DNA from: Folioceros fuciformis
Taxonomy: Eukaryota
NCBI GenBank assembly: GCA_049999805.1
Contig: JBNGIO010005847.1
Span: 76,274 to 140,273 of the forward strand
Reading direction: 5' to 3'
Length of the DNA stretch: 64,000 nt
The position numbers were made by a program, and so were the translations under genes. The notes beneath the pieces are model-generated. The model worked only from the letters and a program-made list of their open reading frames with translations. It had not been told where the DNA came from and did not search any database. Of the stretch, positions 48,961 to 62,393 are shown piece after piece (positions within the stretch are counted from its first letter, which is position 1; each line of letters begins with the position of its first letter).

Positions 48961-51900
48961 GTTGTCTCCCGCGGATGAATACTGCGGCCAGCTACACCTA
49001 TGGATTGACTTCAAGGTTTTTGGGAGCGGAAATGTTGCAGAACGGCTTTTGTCACCACGGGGATCCCCGTGGCGGTGATGTGTACTATACTGTAGCTTTG
49101 GTGATTTTTCAATGTTCTCACACCCTGACTTATTTTCTTTCCTAAGTTACTCTCTACTGCATCGCGAGGGAATATTTGAGTTGTGGATTCTGTTCTCCAT
49201 CCTTCTCACTCAGAAACTATCCGGCCAGTGAGCCTTCAACGAAGTTTGTGACTGGACTGTTCATCTAAATCATTACGGACGTCAAATTATTCCCGTCCTC
49301 CCATGACAGTGAAACATAGCAGTGGCCAGGGCTTACACATCTCACCTAATCCCTCTCAGCCACGACCTCCACGGCCGGGACTTTGAACAAACAGTCCCCC
49401 TCGTACTAATCTCCTGGCTTGGTTCTCTGTCGAGCTCCTTGTTGCGTAATGTTAGACAGCAGCAGCCTGATGAGCTCAAGTGGGTGAGCTCGGAATCGAG
49501 GGTGGTCTGAATTTCTCGTTCGCCCTTGGATCAATGGCTCTCACTTCCTGGATGCAGTTGGCTGGGAGAATGAAGTGCTGTGGCAGCATGGGCACAGCTC
49601 TAGCAACTGTCAAGGCGAAACCAACGGAGCAGTCTCGAACTCATCGGAACATCTCACGTGACCACATCTAGTCTTTCCTTTTATAATCGATCAGCACTTC
49701 ATACCCACCTACGTGAGGCAAGCTGTGTCCTCAGTACCTGCCCTGGATCACAGAACCTCTTACGTGCTTAGGGAGTCCACAGCGAGGGAAGGAATGCATC
49801 CTTTTCCTGTTCTTGTGCTGCAGAACGTGGCCAAGCACGTTGCCTGGTAGTCCGGTGAGGCTGAACGGGATCCGTTTCCTGACCTTGATGGGACCCCCCC
49901 TTAATCCCCCCGATCAAGGTCAATCCACCCACCAAGAGGGCCCTACGGACAGGTGATCTTCCCACTGCCGGCCTGCTGGTGCTACAGACTGGCAGTCCCG
50001 CCTCGCTAGCGCAGAAATCATTTTCTAAAGGTTCGATTCCTCTCAGCGATCGAACGGAATTGCCTACCTCCAGAGGAAGGAAACGGCAATTTGTCAAGGA
50101 CGGGTCACGGAAAGCCGGGAAAGCCCTACCTGTCTTTACTGTCTTCTGATGACCCCTCCTTTCGGATGTAGCGACGTCTTCCATCCACCACACCTTCCGC
50201 TAGTGACGGCTTTGCGTAAGTGGAGAGGTTCCGGCTGCTGCGGAAAACCCTACTTAACCGGGCTCATCGGAGCGCTAAGCGGAGAGGTCTTCCACGCTCG
50301 ATGAACCAGGTGCAGGCTCCTGTCCCCACCATTCTTGAGCGGCTTCCTGTCCTGAAAGAAAGAGACTCGAGTCCGACGCAGACAGTCCTGAATGTGTTGC
50401 AGGATTATGATGCGTCCACAGCAGTTCTGCTTCCGCCTGGAGATGCCGTCGATTTTTTGAGGAATTGTGCACAATGCTTCCGATCCGAATCAAGGACTTT
50501 ACGCTGGAATTCTGCAAAATGGTCTAGATCCCGTCCAGAGATCCGGTTCTACTATCGATGCCTCACCTTCTGCGTTCTCGAGACACAAAGTTCCCCTCTA
50601 CCAACCTCCCAAACTACTTGGTCCAGGTTCTTGGTCTCTAGAAACAATCTCCGAATTTTCAATTATTTAAAATAAAAATCGCTCTTCCCGTACACCTGCT
50701 GTGAAACACATTGGTTGGGCCAGCCCGAGTGGACCCAACCCATGCGTGAGGAACAGATCGCCCGCAGGTTGGATCGGATTGGCCTGCTCCTATTGGACCC
50801 AACCTTGGATGGAGATGGGCTTAGCGTGGGGGCCAGGCATCCATCCATGTCGTCCAAAACCCTGGGGAACTCCGGTAGCGGGTTGGTAAAGCGGTTGAGC
50901 CGAAGGCCTGACCACTGCTTGCCTTTGGTTGGCTTGGCATGGCCCGTGAGAGATGGACGAACGACGGCAGCAGGGTGCCGGAAGAACGGAGGAACGGGAC
51001 GGAGCTATAATATGCTTGCAGCACCTACAAGACAGGACTGGACAGAAAGGAGAATAAGCCTCAAGGCATAGCATTCAGGCGGCGAATATCTCCAAGAAGC
51101 CGACATCCAGTGGAATTCATGCTCCTCTGGCACACGAAGTGAGCCCCACCACAGGAGGCGCCAACAGCTCTCATTGCTGCTGCGCTGCAACACGGGCGCA
51201 GCGCAGCCCAGCTGCTCCGTAGAAAGATCTGTGAAAGAGAAAAGATATCTCCTTCCTACACTCCAAAGGATCTATCTATCTACATCGACTGGCAGTCAGG
51301 CGCGGTTGCGGTAGCGGTAGCGGTGCGGGGGCGAATCACCAGCGCAAGGGCGTGCATGCGCTGGGTTGGTTGCCTACTCTGACTGATGACTAGTGTTGGG
51401 CTTTAGGGTTGAAGGGCCGGCCAGGGGACGGGCAACAGCAGGTGGTTGGCCGGGCCAACTCCCTTTCGGCAGCTTCGCCACACGCCCCTACTTTGTCGTG
51501 CTTCCCGCCATCGCCCCTGTCCTCTTGTCCACGCCCTGGTGCCGGGAATACAGAGCTCCTGGTTCTGTGTCCGGTATTCTGGCGCAGGCAGCTTGCGTCC
51601 GACATTCCTATTTCAGCTGGCGTTCTGGGCTCCGGAGATCGCTCTGATTACGGCAGTTACTGGATTGCAGGCCCCCGGGCCTTAGTTCCTGTGAGTTGCT
51701 TCTGCCTTGTGACGGATTCAAAGAATAGAAGGTCTGAGTGTGGGGTGCTCGTGTAGGTTGTGTTGTCGTCTATATCTGTCCCGAATTCCGACTTTGCCGG
51801 TTTTTGTAGAGTGAGCGCAGTGTTCGGGTCTTGTTTCTGATCTGGTGGCTGAGCGAGTGCCTCGGTGTTGCAACTCGGGCTTTGGGCGAGTTTGTGGGCA

Positions 51901-52033
51901 GCTTGCCTCGTTGAGTTTGCTGGGAAACCGTAGCGGCGGTGTCTTCGATTTCTGTCGGGTGGAGGTCGAGGGGTCCGGGCAGAGTTCGGGTGCTTGTTGT
52001 TCTGACAGGAGCTTTGCAGGGCCTGCGGCAGGT

Positions 52034-54726
52034 ATGGCTCACGCTATGAGGGCGAGTACGATGTCTGTTGCTTCTCCATCTTGCCTGCGTGGAGAGATTA
52101 CAGGTCATGAGAGGGCCGGGTCTTGCTCGACCTTCCGCAGCAGCACTGCTGTGCCCTTGCGCAGGGCGGTGTCCACCAGGGTTCTGCCCCAGCTCCAGGT
52201 TCGCAGTAGTGCGCTGGTCGGGGATTCCGGGAGGCTGCATGAGAGGCCGTCGGCGAAACAGGGGAGGATCAAGCAGAATATCACCCCTGACAGAGATGCT
52301 CTGCGGGCGAACGTGATCGCGGAATACAGAGATAGCGCCACTGGGGAGGGAGTTTCTGGAGTTCTTGAGCCGGAATTCGCTGTTGAAAACGGTGCTGCAT
52401 CGGTGGCGACGAACGGTGCTTCCGGCGTGACTAGGTCGCTGAAGGAAAAGGTGGAGAAAGTGGTACCTGCCTCGCCGTCGGGCATTGAGATCGATCATGT
52501 GACTGAGGTCGAATTGAAGGAGAACGGTTTCAGGAGCACAAGGAGGACAAAGCTAATCTGCACCATCGGTGAGATCACTGCTGGCTTTCTTTCCTCTCTG
52601 TTGGACGTTAATTTGGGATGATCCTTGTCGCCGCCTCTGTGAGCTTAGCGTACCTACGGCTTCCGATTCTCTGACCTCTCTGGTGGTCAGGCCCGGCTTG
52701 CTGTGAGTTCGACCAGTTGGAAGCGCTAGCCATGGGAGGAATGAACGTGGCTAGGATCAACATGTGTCACGGCACCAGAGAGTGGCATAAGTCTGTGATC
52801 AAGAATATACGGAAGCTGAACGCTGAGAAAGGGTACTGTGTCGCGTTGATGATGGACACGGAGGGCAGTGAGATTCACATGGGTGACCTCGGGGGTGCAC
52901 CGTCTGCTAAGGCGGAGGTGGGTTTCTGTTCTCGTACTGTCTTACATTGTGGTAACTCAAGCAACTGAAGTGGGCCTCAGTTTGCGCTGCACTCCGAATG
53001 GTGATTGAGCAGGATGGTGAAGTATGGACCTTCACTGTGCGGACCTTTGTGGATGCTCCACCTGAGAGGACCTTGCAGGTCAACTACGATGGTTTTGCCG
53101 AGGGTAAGTGTGGTTGTGGCTATAACTCCAGGAGGTCAGTAATTGGATGCAAAGACTGACATCCTACCTTGTAATTTGATGGGTTCAGATGTGAAGGTGG
53201 GTGATGAGATCGTCGTGGATGGTGGAATGGTGCGATTTGAAGTCCTTGAGAAGATTGGACCTGATGTTAGATGCAAGTGCAGTGATCCGGGGCTGTTGCT
53301 GCCTCGGGCAAACCTCACATTCTGGAGGGAGGGGAAGCTTGTTAGGGAACGAAATGCGATGCTTCCTACCATATCATCGAAGGCAAGTAGTCTGAGCGGA
53401 ATTTACTTCCGGAGTGTAGTGCTTTGTGGCCTTTAATCTTGGCATCACAGGGCGGAGGGTTGGGATTCAACTTACAGTGGTTTTCTTGCAGGACTGGATC
53501 GACATCGACTTCGGCATCTCTGAGGGCGTTGATTTCATCGCTATTTCATTCGTGAAATCTCCTGATGTTATTAAGCACCTGAAGAGCTATATCTCAGCTC
53601 GATCTCCTGATGGGTAAGAGCAATCGACATTGATGCAGGGCACATCCGCTTGAAGCCATGGAGGGAGGGACTAACCTGTTGTGGATCCGGTTGCAGATGC
53701 ATTGGCGTGTTTGCAAAAATAGAAAGCAGTGATTCGCTGAGAAATCTCCATGAGATTATTCAGGTTTCAGACGGGGCCATGGTCGCCCGTGGAGATCTGG
53801 GTGCGCAAATTCCACTTGAGCAGGTCCCTTCCGTACAACAGGAGGTTGTGACCTTGTGCAGGCAGTTGAACAAACCTGTAATAGTGGCTTCCCAACTTCT
53901 GGAGTCCATGATTGAGTACCCAACACCAACCAGGGCTGAGGTGAGTTTCTCTGCGCAAGTAGGTTGTACTGTGGTAGCTCCACGGGTGGATGAAGCGGTA
54001 CACTTCCAGTCTGTACCTTTTCATGAGCTGGGATGGGTTGTCTCAGGTTGCGGATATATCGGAGGCAGTGAGGCAACGAGCAGATGCACTGATGCTATCT
54101 GGCGAGTCTGCCATGGGTCTGTATCCTGAGAAAGCTCTTAGCGTTTTACGGACAGTGAGTCTGAGAATTGAGCGATGGTGTCGTGAAGAGAAGCATCATC
54201 AGTCAATGCGCCTGCCACAGGTCTCCAAAGCCCTTCCCGAAAGGATCTCTGAAGAAATATGCAACTCTGCTGCACTCATGGGTGAGTTTTACAGGGTCGA
54301 TTTTCTCCTGGGTTGTAATTATCTCTGAACGAAGGCACATGCATTTGATCATGACTTGCTCATTGTGATTTGATGTCTCACAAATAAGGCGTCCATGTCT
54401 TTCATGCAGCCAACAAACTTGAAGCAGATGCCATCTTTGTGTACACTCGGAAGGGGTATATGGCATCGCTTCTTTCAAGATGTCGACCTGACTGTCCTAT
54501 TTTTGCTTTCACCGACTCGAAGAAAGTCAGGCAACACCTCAACCTTCAATGGGGTCTCATCCCCTTCCGGCTGGCCTTCTCAGACGACATGGAGACTAAT
54601 CTTCGTCGAACTTTTGCCCTGCTCAAGGCAAGGGGAATGATGAAGACGGGAGAACTCGTCGTTGCAGTGGCAGACATCTCAACTGCAGATATGCTTCAGT
54701 CCATTCAGGTCCGCAGGATTCCTTGA
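52034..54726 (+). CDS. PKP1: Plastidial pyruvate kinase, alpha-type (isozyme A), multi-exon
   Basis: Ser/Arg-rich transit peptide, [71 protein letters not shown] and [10 protein letters not shown]. Confidence 0.95.
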
Positions 54727-56260
54727 GGGCAAAACACTCTTTAGGTACCTCCAGATATCGTAAGCAGGGGTCCATCTCTCTTCTATTCTTCGCCGCCGTC
54801 GTGGACTCTAGACCCCAAGTGGCTGCATGTCTAATCCGTGCGGCGAAGGGATGTGTGAATGCGGTGGGCCTCGTAACGTGGCTGAAGGCAAGTAATTAAG
54901 ACAGCAGTCGGGTGGTCTGAGAGGTCCTTTTCTCATTTCCCTTGCGTTTGAATGCGGCGCAGTATTAGCACCTGCCCGACTGCTGTACCAGCGGACAAGA
55001 CGCTGTCCGGGATACGAAGGTTAAGATGTAACAGTAATGTCTGTCAAGGAAATTAACTTTATAGGTGACCTTTTAGAAAAATTCCAGATAGTCACCATGA
55101 TCCGCTTACAAACAGGCGCCTCTGCCCTACACCCTAATTCCATGATGCCGTATAATATGTGAGCCTTCGGTATGGAACACCTTCATGTGTTTTATGTAAT
55201 AATGACGGCTTCATTTGTCTGTCCCAACCGGGTAGAAAGGCGATGATCCTCAACCCAGTGGACGGGCAATCATCCTCGATGGAACCAAGTGTTTGTCAGG
55301 CGACAAGTATGGAACTGCAGCTGAAGCATGGCCTTCGCCTCCCCCCGCATTGACGTCGTCCTCTGCGTGGTGAGTGTAGAAATGGCACCGTGGATGTAAT
55401 CGGACGCTTGGCGCAAACCGTCGGAGAAGAAGTAGCCCCGTGGCATGTCCCGATTGTTCAGGGTGGTATGTCTAGCCCAAGCCTGCCTAAACTGATGCCT
55501 TGTCCTCCTCCAGGGGAAACCAGGCGATTGGGGACGGTGCTGTTGGCACCTCCTGTTCACGCTTGACACTCGCCCCGAAGAACATACCAAGCCAGGCCAC
55601 AGAGACTGTTGGCGCTGAGAGCCGATATCATCACAAGTGAGCTGCAGGGAAATCGTTCAAGGTATCTTGATGTCAGTCGGTTGTTGGAAGCTACCTGAGC
55701 ACATGCTAAAGAAATGCTTGAATCAGGCTCGATTATGCGCCAAAGTTTTGTTCGATTGCGCGACGCAACCACACCTCAAAGCTGCAGAGTGTGCATTGCA
55801 AACAGCCTGATGCTGCTTGAAGCACGGGAGACGTGCATTATCATTGCTTTGTGTCCGAGTCGAACCACCGAATAGCAAATGCTTGACAAATCTAGAACCG
55901 ATATGCAAGAGGCTCAAACCTGGCTGGTAGGAGTCAGGAACCACCGAAACTTCACTAGTGGCAAAACGCCATCATTTCCATATGAAAGAAACACATCCCG
56001 CATGACGCCAAGCTGAAGGCTCAGATCACTGTCACGAGCTGCCGTGTACGACAAACCTAGTAGCCATCAGTGAGAACGAAGGAGCGCCGTGCAGCAACAG
56101 CTCTTGCAGCCGCTCAATCTCCCTCTTCCGCCTTTAAAGCGGCGGCAATTCCAAGCCTCACATCGTCCATCACCTTCCTCTCCAGCACTCAGGTTTCCAA
56201 CCATTTGAAGCAAGCCGCGCGAACGATCCTCTCAACCAGCTCCCGCGCTACCAAGCCGCC

Positions 56261-56851
56261 ATGGCTTCCAACTCGAACGGCATGAAGCTCATCTTGGCTG
56301 CGGCGCTGGCGACCGCGGCACTGGCCCTGGTATCGGCTCAAACCAGCTCCATCACAAGCAAGTACCACGAATTCACGTACTACATGCACGCCTACGGATC
56401 GGGGCCGAACGTGACAGGGTACGATCTTCTGAACCCCGTTGCCGGAGAGGAATCCACGCACTTCGGCCAGCTGCGCGCGTTCGATGCGAAGCTGCGAAAG
56501 ACGGACTCGGTGGAATCGAGGTACGTCGGGCACGCTCGAGGCTTTGCCATGTACGATGCGCTGAACAAGGCGGGCGTGGACGTCTACTGGTGCTCGTACT
56601 TCTACGGCGTCAACGACAAGCCGGTGGTATTGAGCGGCATAAGCATCGCGTCCGGTAGCGGCTTGTGCTACCGATCCTTCTATTACAGTGGCTCAGCCAG
56701 CTGGGAGAAGGTTGTGGTCGGGGGTACCGGCTCCTTCCGGTTCTGCAAAGGCTACACTGTCGAGACTCCCATCTCCGAGGACCCCGTCTCTGGGCTGGAG
56801 ATATACCAGATTAAAGTGCACACACTTTGTGACAAAATCGCACATCCCTAA
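56261..56851 (+). CDS. Dirigent-like secreted protein, intronless
   Basis: Signal peptide, then dirigent motifs FTYYMH, FGQLRAFDAKL, VGHARG and EKVVVGGTGSFRFCKGY. NVT sequon. Confidence 0.85.
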   Translation: MASNSNGMKLILAAALATAALALVSAQTSSITSKYHEFTYYMHAYGSGPNVTGYDLLNPVAGEESTHFGQLRAFDAKLRKTDSVESRYVGHARGFAMYDALNKAGVDVYWCSYFYGVNDKPVVLSGISIASGSGLCYRSFYYSGSASWEKVVVGGTGSFRFCKGYTVETPISEDPVSGLEIYQIKVHTLCDKIAHP

Positions 56852-57679
56852 AACGCCATTCAGCCATTTCGTTTCAATGAAACCAAACCCCTCGATTATG
56901 AGTAACGTATATACATCATATACAAATCTACATAGAAGCATATATATACATCATTCTATTAAATCATAAAGATATCATATATAAAGTCACATACCTTCTC
57001 CTTCTTGTTCTTGCTATGTTACAAAACAAATAAGAGTTGTGTATGAGATGCAACAAATTTCATAGATGTGACGTTAGGAAAAGTTTTCTCAAATTTTTCA
57101 TAGTTCTAATGTGCTATGGATGTTGTCTACAAAGCTTTGGAGTTATTTGACAAGCTTGAAGTTGGGTTGCCATGACCTTTCAAGTTAATACAAGACTTAT
57201 CTCTTACATTTGTAACAACTTCAAGCACTCTAAGTGCCTTCTTATAGGACAATAGTTTTCCCTCTATTCAAGTTCTTCAAGTCTTACTTAACTTGTGTTT
57301 GCAATTCAGCTACCTCAATCTATGAAGTACTTAATCTTCTACAACCAAGCATGAATGAGTTCCACATTCCGGTTGCTTGTCTAATAGGAATACAATTTTT
57401 CTAGCAACACTCTACTTCGCAGCTGTTATGAAGGACCTCGCTAATCCCATCACCTTACTTTAGCATATTGTCACACCCCTTAGAAGGCACAGTACCAATC
57501 CATTGAAGATTGTAGTGCAACATTGTACAATACCCTAGATTAGAAGGCGTGACAACAATGCATTGCATATTGGAGTGCAATATTGCAAGGTGCACTAAGC
57601 TAATGAGCATGACAACAATGCAATCAAGATCAAAGCGCAAAGTTAAGAAGTGAGCTATTCACAATAGTAAAAATGAGCT

Positions 57680-58003
57680 TAGTCTTCCTCTATCATATAT
57701 TGTAACACTTTGTTGGCAAAGGGTTTCTATTGCTCTATAGTGAGTGTTGACTAATGCCATATACAGGACGACAATGTTAGCAAACCCATAGGGCCATGTG
57801 CAAGGCATTTTCCAAGTTTTTGAAGTCTTGATGCGTGCAAGGCATTTTCCAAGTTTTTGAAGTCTTGCATCAAGACAATTCTTATTTGTAAAAATGAGTG
57901 TAGTCTTCCACTTTCATATATTGTAACACTTGTTTGGCAGAGGGTTTCTATTGCTCTATAGCAAGTGTTGTCTAATGCCATATATAGGACGACAATGTTG
58001 GCA
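57680..58003. repeat. ~100-bp direct repeat pair flanking a ~36-bp tandem duplication in AT-rich DNA (probable TE relic)
   Basis: TAGTCTTCC...GGACGACAATGTT at about 57680 and 57901. TGCAAGGCATTTTCCAAGTTTTTGAAGTCTTG occurs twice at about 57799-57867. Confidence 0.75.
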
Positions 58004-58770
58004 TGAGAGGCGGTGTCAGCAACCTCAGACCATATGTTTTAGATGCTATTCGTAGTCCTTAGCCTTCGGGGGTTAGGCCTAGTGTTCCTATCATGGTTTA
58101 TCTTCCTCTCAGGGGTAGTTGGGTTTTTCCATCTTGTTCTTCTAAAATAAATAAATTTGATAAAATAATTTTAAAACATCATCCAATCTATACTAACCTT
58201 GGGGCAAGAGGGTATGATAGAGCAAGGTGGAGTAGAGTAAAAGAGTCAAAGAGTTTGCAATAGGCCAGGCCATGGGCACAAGATAAAAGAGCCTACCGTA
58301 GGCATGGCAGTTGTGTCTTGTAGCACCACGTAGATAAGGAAAAAAACAGGGCATTGCTCCGAAAGACCCAATAAGATTGCTCAAATGTGGTAGCGATTCT
58401 GCAAGCAGCGAGGCCACCATGTTCTGGAAGACAGAATTGCGGGCACTGGAGCCACTATCTTGGTATTTACTTGGCGAGTGCAACCTGGAAACTGTAAATT
58501 AGACAAGGGTGGAGTTTAAATTAGGACGGGGGCGGCGGCCGCGTCCCGAAAGACGTGGAGACTAGCAACTGCATTTGCCCGATGAGCTGCCCCTCGATGT
58601 AGGCGCGAACTTAACGAATCGTAGTCCCGTTGCTTACAACACGCTACTCTCTGGATCCCCTGCCACTGCCGAGCAGCTGGAAAGGAAGATGCGGGTGCGG
58701 GATGTGGCGACACAGAATCGAGGGGACTGGTCGCAAGGATGAGCGGTCCCCTGCGCTTGCAACAGCGAGG

Positions 58771-61670
58771 ATGGCTGGTCTCAGCTGCTGGATTGCCGTG
58801 TTATTATTCATCAGCTATGTGAGCACTCGTATTCTGGCAGATGTGCAACCGGGTAGGCTTCTAACGCCATGCCTAGTCTTGCTGTTTGGGGGGAGCAGGA
58901 GGATGGTGTGAGGTGGTCCAGTGACTGACGGTGTGAGGCCGCAGGACCATTCCAGGCGCGGATCAGTTGTGGGTCGGGAAACGATGTGGAGAGCAGCAAT
59001 GTGCAATGGGAGAAGGATTTTGGGTATTCCGGGGGGAGGACTGGCTCGATTCCGGCGTCGCAGAAGAATGTGTTGTTCCCGGAGCTGACCACTCTGCGGT
59101 ACTTCCAGCTCTCGGATGGGAAGAATAACTGTTACAACATCAGTGCTCCTGATGGGCACTACTTCTTCAGGTGCTGGCTAGTTTTGAGACGGCCCAATTT
59201 CGTGTTTTGGGATGTGGGTGGTTGGTGTGATATGGAGGTTTTGGTGGATGTGCAGGTTCTACTTTGCGTACCAGGGTGCTGAGCCCCAATTTGAGGTGTC
59301 TCTGGAGGGCACCGTTATCTACGAACTCAAGGCTGGGTGGAGCAAGTTGACGGGTTTTGCAGACTTGGTAAATTTTGAGTATGCTGATTCTCTGGTGTAT
59401 GTGGGAGACGGTGCTGCTACAGCCTGCTTTCACAGCAGTGGGCATGGGAATCCCTCCGTTGCCACTTTTGAGGTTCTGCAAGTCAGTGATCAGTCTTATT
59501 CATGGAGTACCAATGACATGGTGTTGAAGACTGTGAAGCGGGTGAGTTGTGGGTCTCAGAACACTGCACCCAAGTTCAATTACAGTGCTGATCCATGGGG
59601 AGGCAACCGGTACTGGTCCAGCGATACTTCTATCACTGGAGAAGCCAACATTAGAGATATGTCGACCAACCAGCCCATTGATAATGTGAACATGAAGCCG
59701 TTATACTTCCCCATGGGTTTGTATCAGAGTGCCAGGGTCACTACAGTGGCGGGTATCCCTTTGAGTTACACTTACCCTTTGAGTCCACGGCAGAATCCCT
59801 CTCCAAGATTGTTCTACATTTGGATCCACTTGGCTGAGATCGACCCGACGATAACTGAAGCTGGCCAGAGAATGTTCAATGTCACTGTGAACAACGCCCT
59901 ATTGTTTGATTCTGTGGACATAGTGAAACTTATTGGGGCTCCCTACTCTGCCCTGTTCCTAAACTCTACGGCGAATGTAGTAGGGAGCACTCTGACCCTC
60001 ACATTCATACCGGAGTCCTTTTCTACAGTACTTGTTAGTGGCTTCGAGATCTACGAGGTTATTGCAACCGAGTTCACAACGAGAACGGAGGAAGGTACGG
60101 GTGTCCAGACACAGACTAGGTTGCCTTCTTCATTCCCAGTCGCACTGGCTTCTGTTGCTACCAGCTCTGAAAGTATGCAGGGAATGTTGGGTCACAGCCT
60201 GGGCATTGCAGTCTCTGAAGTCCTCATTGCAGCTGTCTGCACGCCTCGGCTGGACTGGGGATCCATGTAACCCCTATCCCTGGGATGGGATCGTCTGTGA
60301 CTTCCATCAACCCGATGCCTGGGTCATCAAATCTCTGTATGTGCGCTCAGAAGTCGTTTTTTTCCTCTTTCTCGAGCAGGTGGTGGTCGGTTGTCCCATA
60401 GTCTGCCATGCTGTGCTTGCATGCTTACAATCAAAAGTGCGTGCATGCATTGTTGCAGGGACCTGGACACCCGTGATATATCAGGGCAAATCAGTGCTGA
60501 CATAGGCCAACTTTCCTCCCTCGTCAGCGTGTGAGCGTCGTCCTCTCTGCCCCTTCTCTCCTCCCTTCACTTGTCAAATCCTGAACACTGCAGCAATTCA
60601 TACTTTCCTTTTCTGCCCCCTTGCTTCTCCTAACGGTGTTCATGGGACGGACTCGAAGGCATTTCCTCATCGAAATGGGGGTATAACATGGGCCATCTGT
60701 TTCTGCAGTAATCTCAGCCACAACAAGATATCGGGGATAATACCGTCGAGCCTGGGAAGCATCGAAAACCTGACCGAACTGTGGGTGGACTTGTGACGTT
60801 TTTCGTGCTCTGTTGCGGACAGCCAGATGCGAGTCCAGTTGCATTTGATGTTGAAAACTGGAGTGCACTGGATTCTTGCTGCAGGGACTTGTCCTACAAC
60901 CTTCTCGGGGGCTCAATACCATCCAGCCTGGGAAACCTGTCAAAGCTCCAAGACCTGTATTCTCGTCTTGAGCTCTCATGAGACCACATGAAATCTTGGG
61001 CTTTCCGTAGAAACCAGTCGGGAGGCTCTCCAACTCTACTTACCCTGGGAATTGCATGTCCAGGTATCTCAATCAAAATCAACTATCAGGAGAGGTTCCA
61101 TCGAGCTTGGGTGCTGGTCTGATCAGAGGAGCAAGTTACAAGTAAGTCCAGCCCGAATTATATAGGCAATCAATTCAAAGTCTGTTGAGAGTGGCTGAAC
61201 AACGTCCTTTTGTTTGTTTCCTCCTGGCCCGGTGTGTGCTGGGCAGTTTTTCAGACAACCCAAAGTTGTGCGGGCCTGGTTTTGCTCCATGTTCAAGAGG
61301 CCTGTCAACCCGTGCCAAAGCAGGCGTGTTTGTTGCCACCATCTTCGCGGCCTTCACGCTGGTGGGCTGCATCTTCTGCTACTGCAAGAGGAGGCAAAAC
61401 ATCGCAAGAAGCCGGCGGCTATTGCTAAGTGAGTACCTACCGCTAGCACCCGGTCGTGAACGTCTAGCTAGCTAGCTAACGTCTTGGGGTCCGATCCAGC
61501 ACTGACCAAAACCTTGGTTCCATCACGCAAATGCAGCTCATGATGCCCCGTATGCCAAGTCAAGAACCAGTAAATCTCGACTACCGGACATACAGCTGTC
61601 TCGAACTTCACCAGAGGAGTTTCAGTTTCACTCAATGTATTCCAATGCACCTCCGCGGCGTGCTCGTTAG
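58771..61670 (+). CDS. RLP4: Malectin-like/LRR receptor-like protein (RLP4-like), multi-exon
   Basis: Signal peptide, RISCG, LTTLRYF..SDGKNNCYN, DPWGGNRYW, WIHLAEID, LGWTGDPC, LRRs (DLSYNLLGGSIPSSLG), a TM helix, KRRQNIAR and a short cytoplasmic tail APYAKSRT...DIQLSR. No kinase domain. Confidence 0.9.
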
Positions 61671-62393
61671 GATACAGCAGATACATAGACAGCTAGGTCT
61701 CTCCTGTAAACTATGACTACGTACGCCACACAAACCGCCGAAGTTAACGGCCATTTGTGTCATAGATTTATTTCTCTTCCTGAGCAATGAACAGTACACA
61801 TCCAACGGCTTTCTCCCGGGCCTTTATTTCTCTGCTCGAAGGGTACACAAACCAACCAACGGCCATTTCATCTTCCCATGGCGAATGACACAAGCCGACA
61901 ACAAGTCGAACGGATCAGGGTATTCGTCATAAGGATGCTGGTAAGCCTCGTCAGAATTCCTTGATAGCACAATCAATGTAGAATACAAACAGGCCTGACA
62001 GGCCTGTGGCTTAAATGAAAGCCAAGGGTTCAACGTACATTATTCTCTCAAACATTTCTCTCCTTCGCAGCAACTAGGTAGGTGTGGGTGGACAATCGCT
62101 TCATAGTAGAGCACAATATTGCCCTCCCCAGACCTACAGTTAACCAACCAAAGGAGTGGTCAGGTATCCTAGCTGGCTCAGCTTCTGCGAGCAATCTTCA
62201 GAATCACGCAGGCACTAGTTATAAGTCGTTTTCCCCGGGAACTGAGAAAGCACAAGAAAATCCTGGGAAGATCTGAAAGAATTGAAGAATTGTGTTCTCG
62301 ACAGCAGCCCTTGCAAGTGAAAGCCACTCTCCAGAAAACATGGCATAACTCCGCATATAACTTACACATCCTCTTCAGTCATAGAGAACCCCT

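Noticed and set aside
55159..55353. LCNNDGFICL...ILNPVDG, resembling an F-box-associated motif
   Set aside because: An isolated short match with no F-box or continuing frame.
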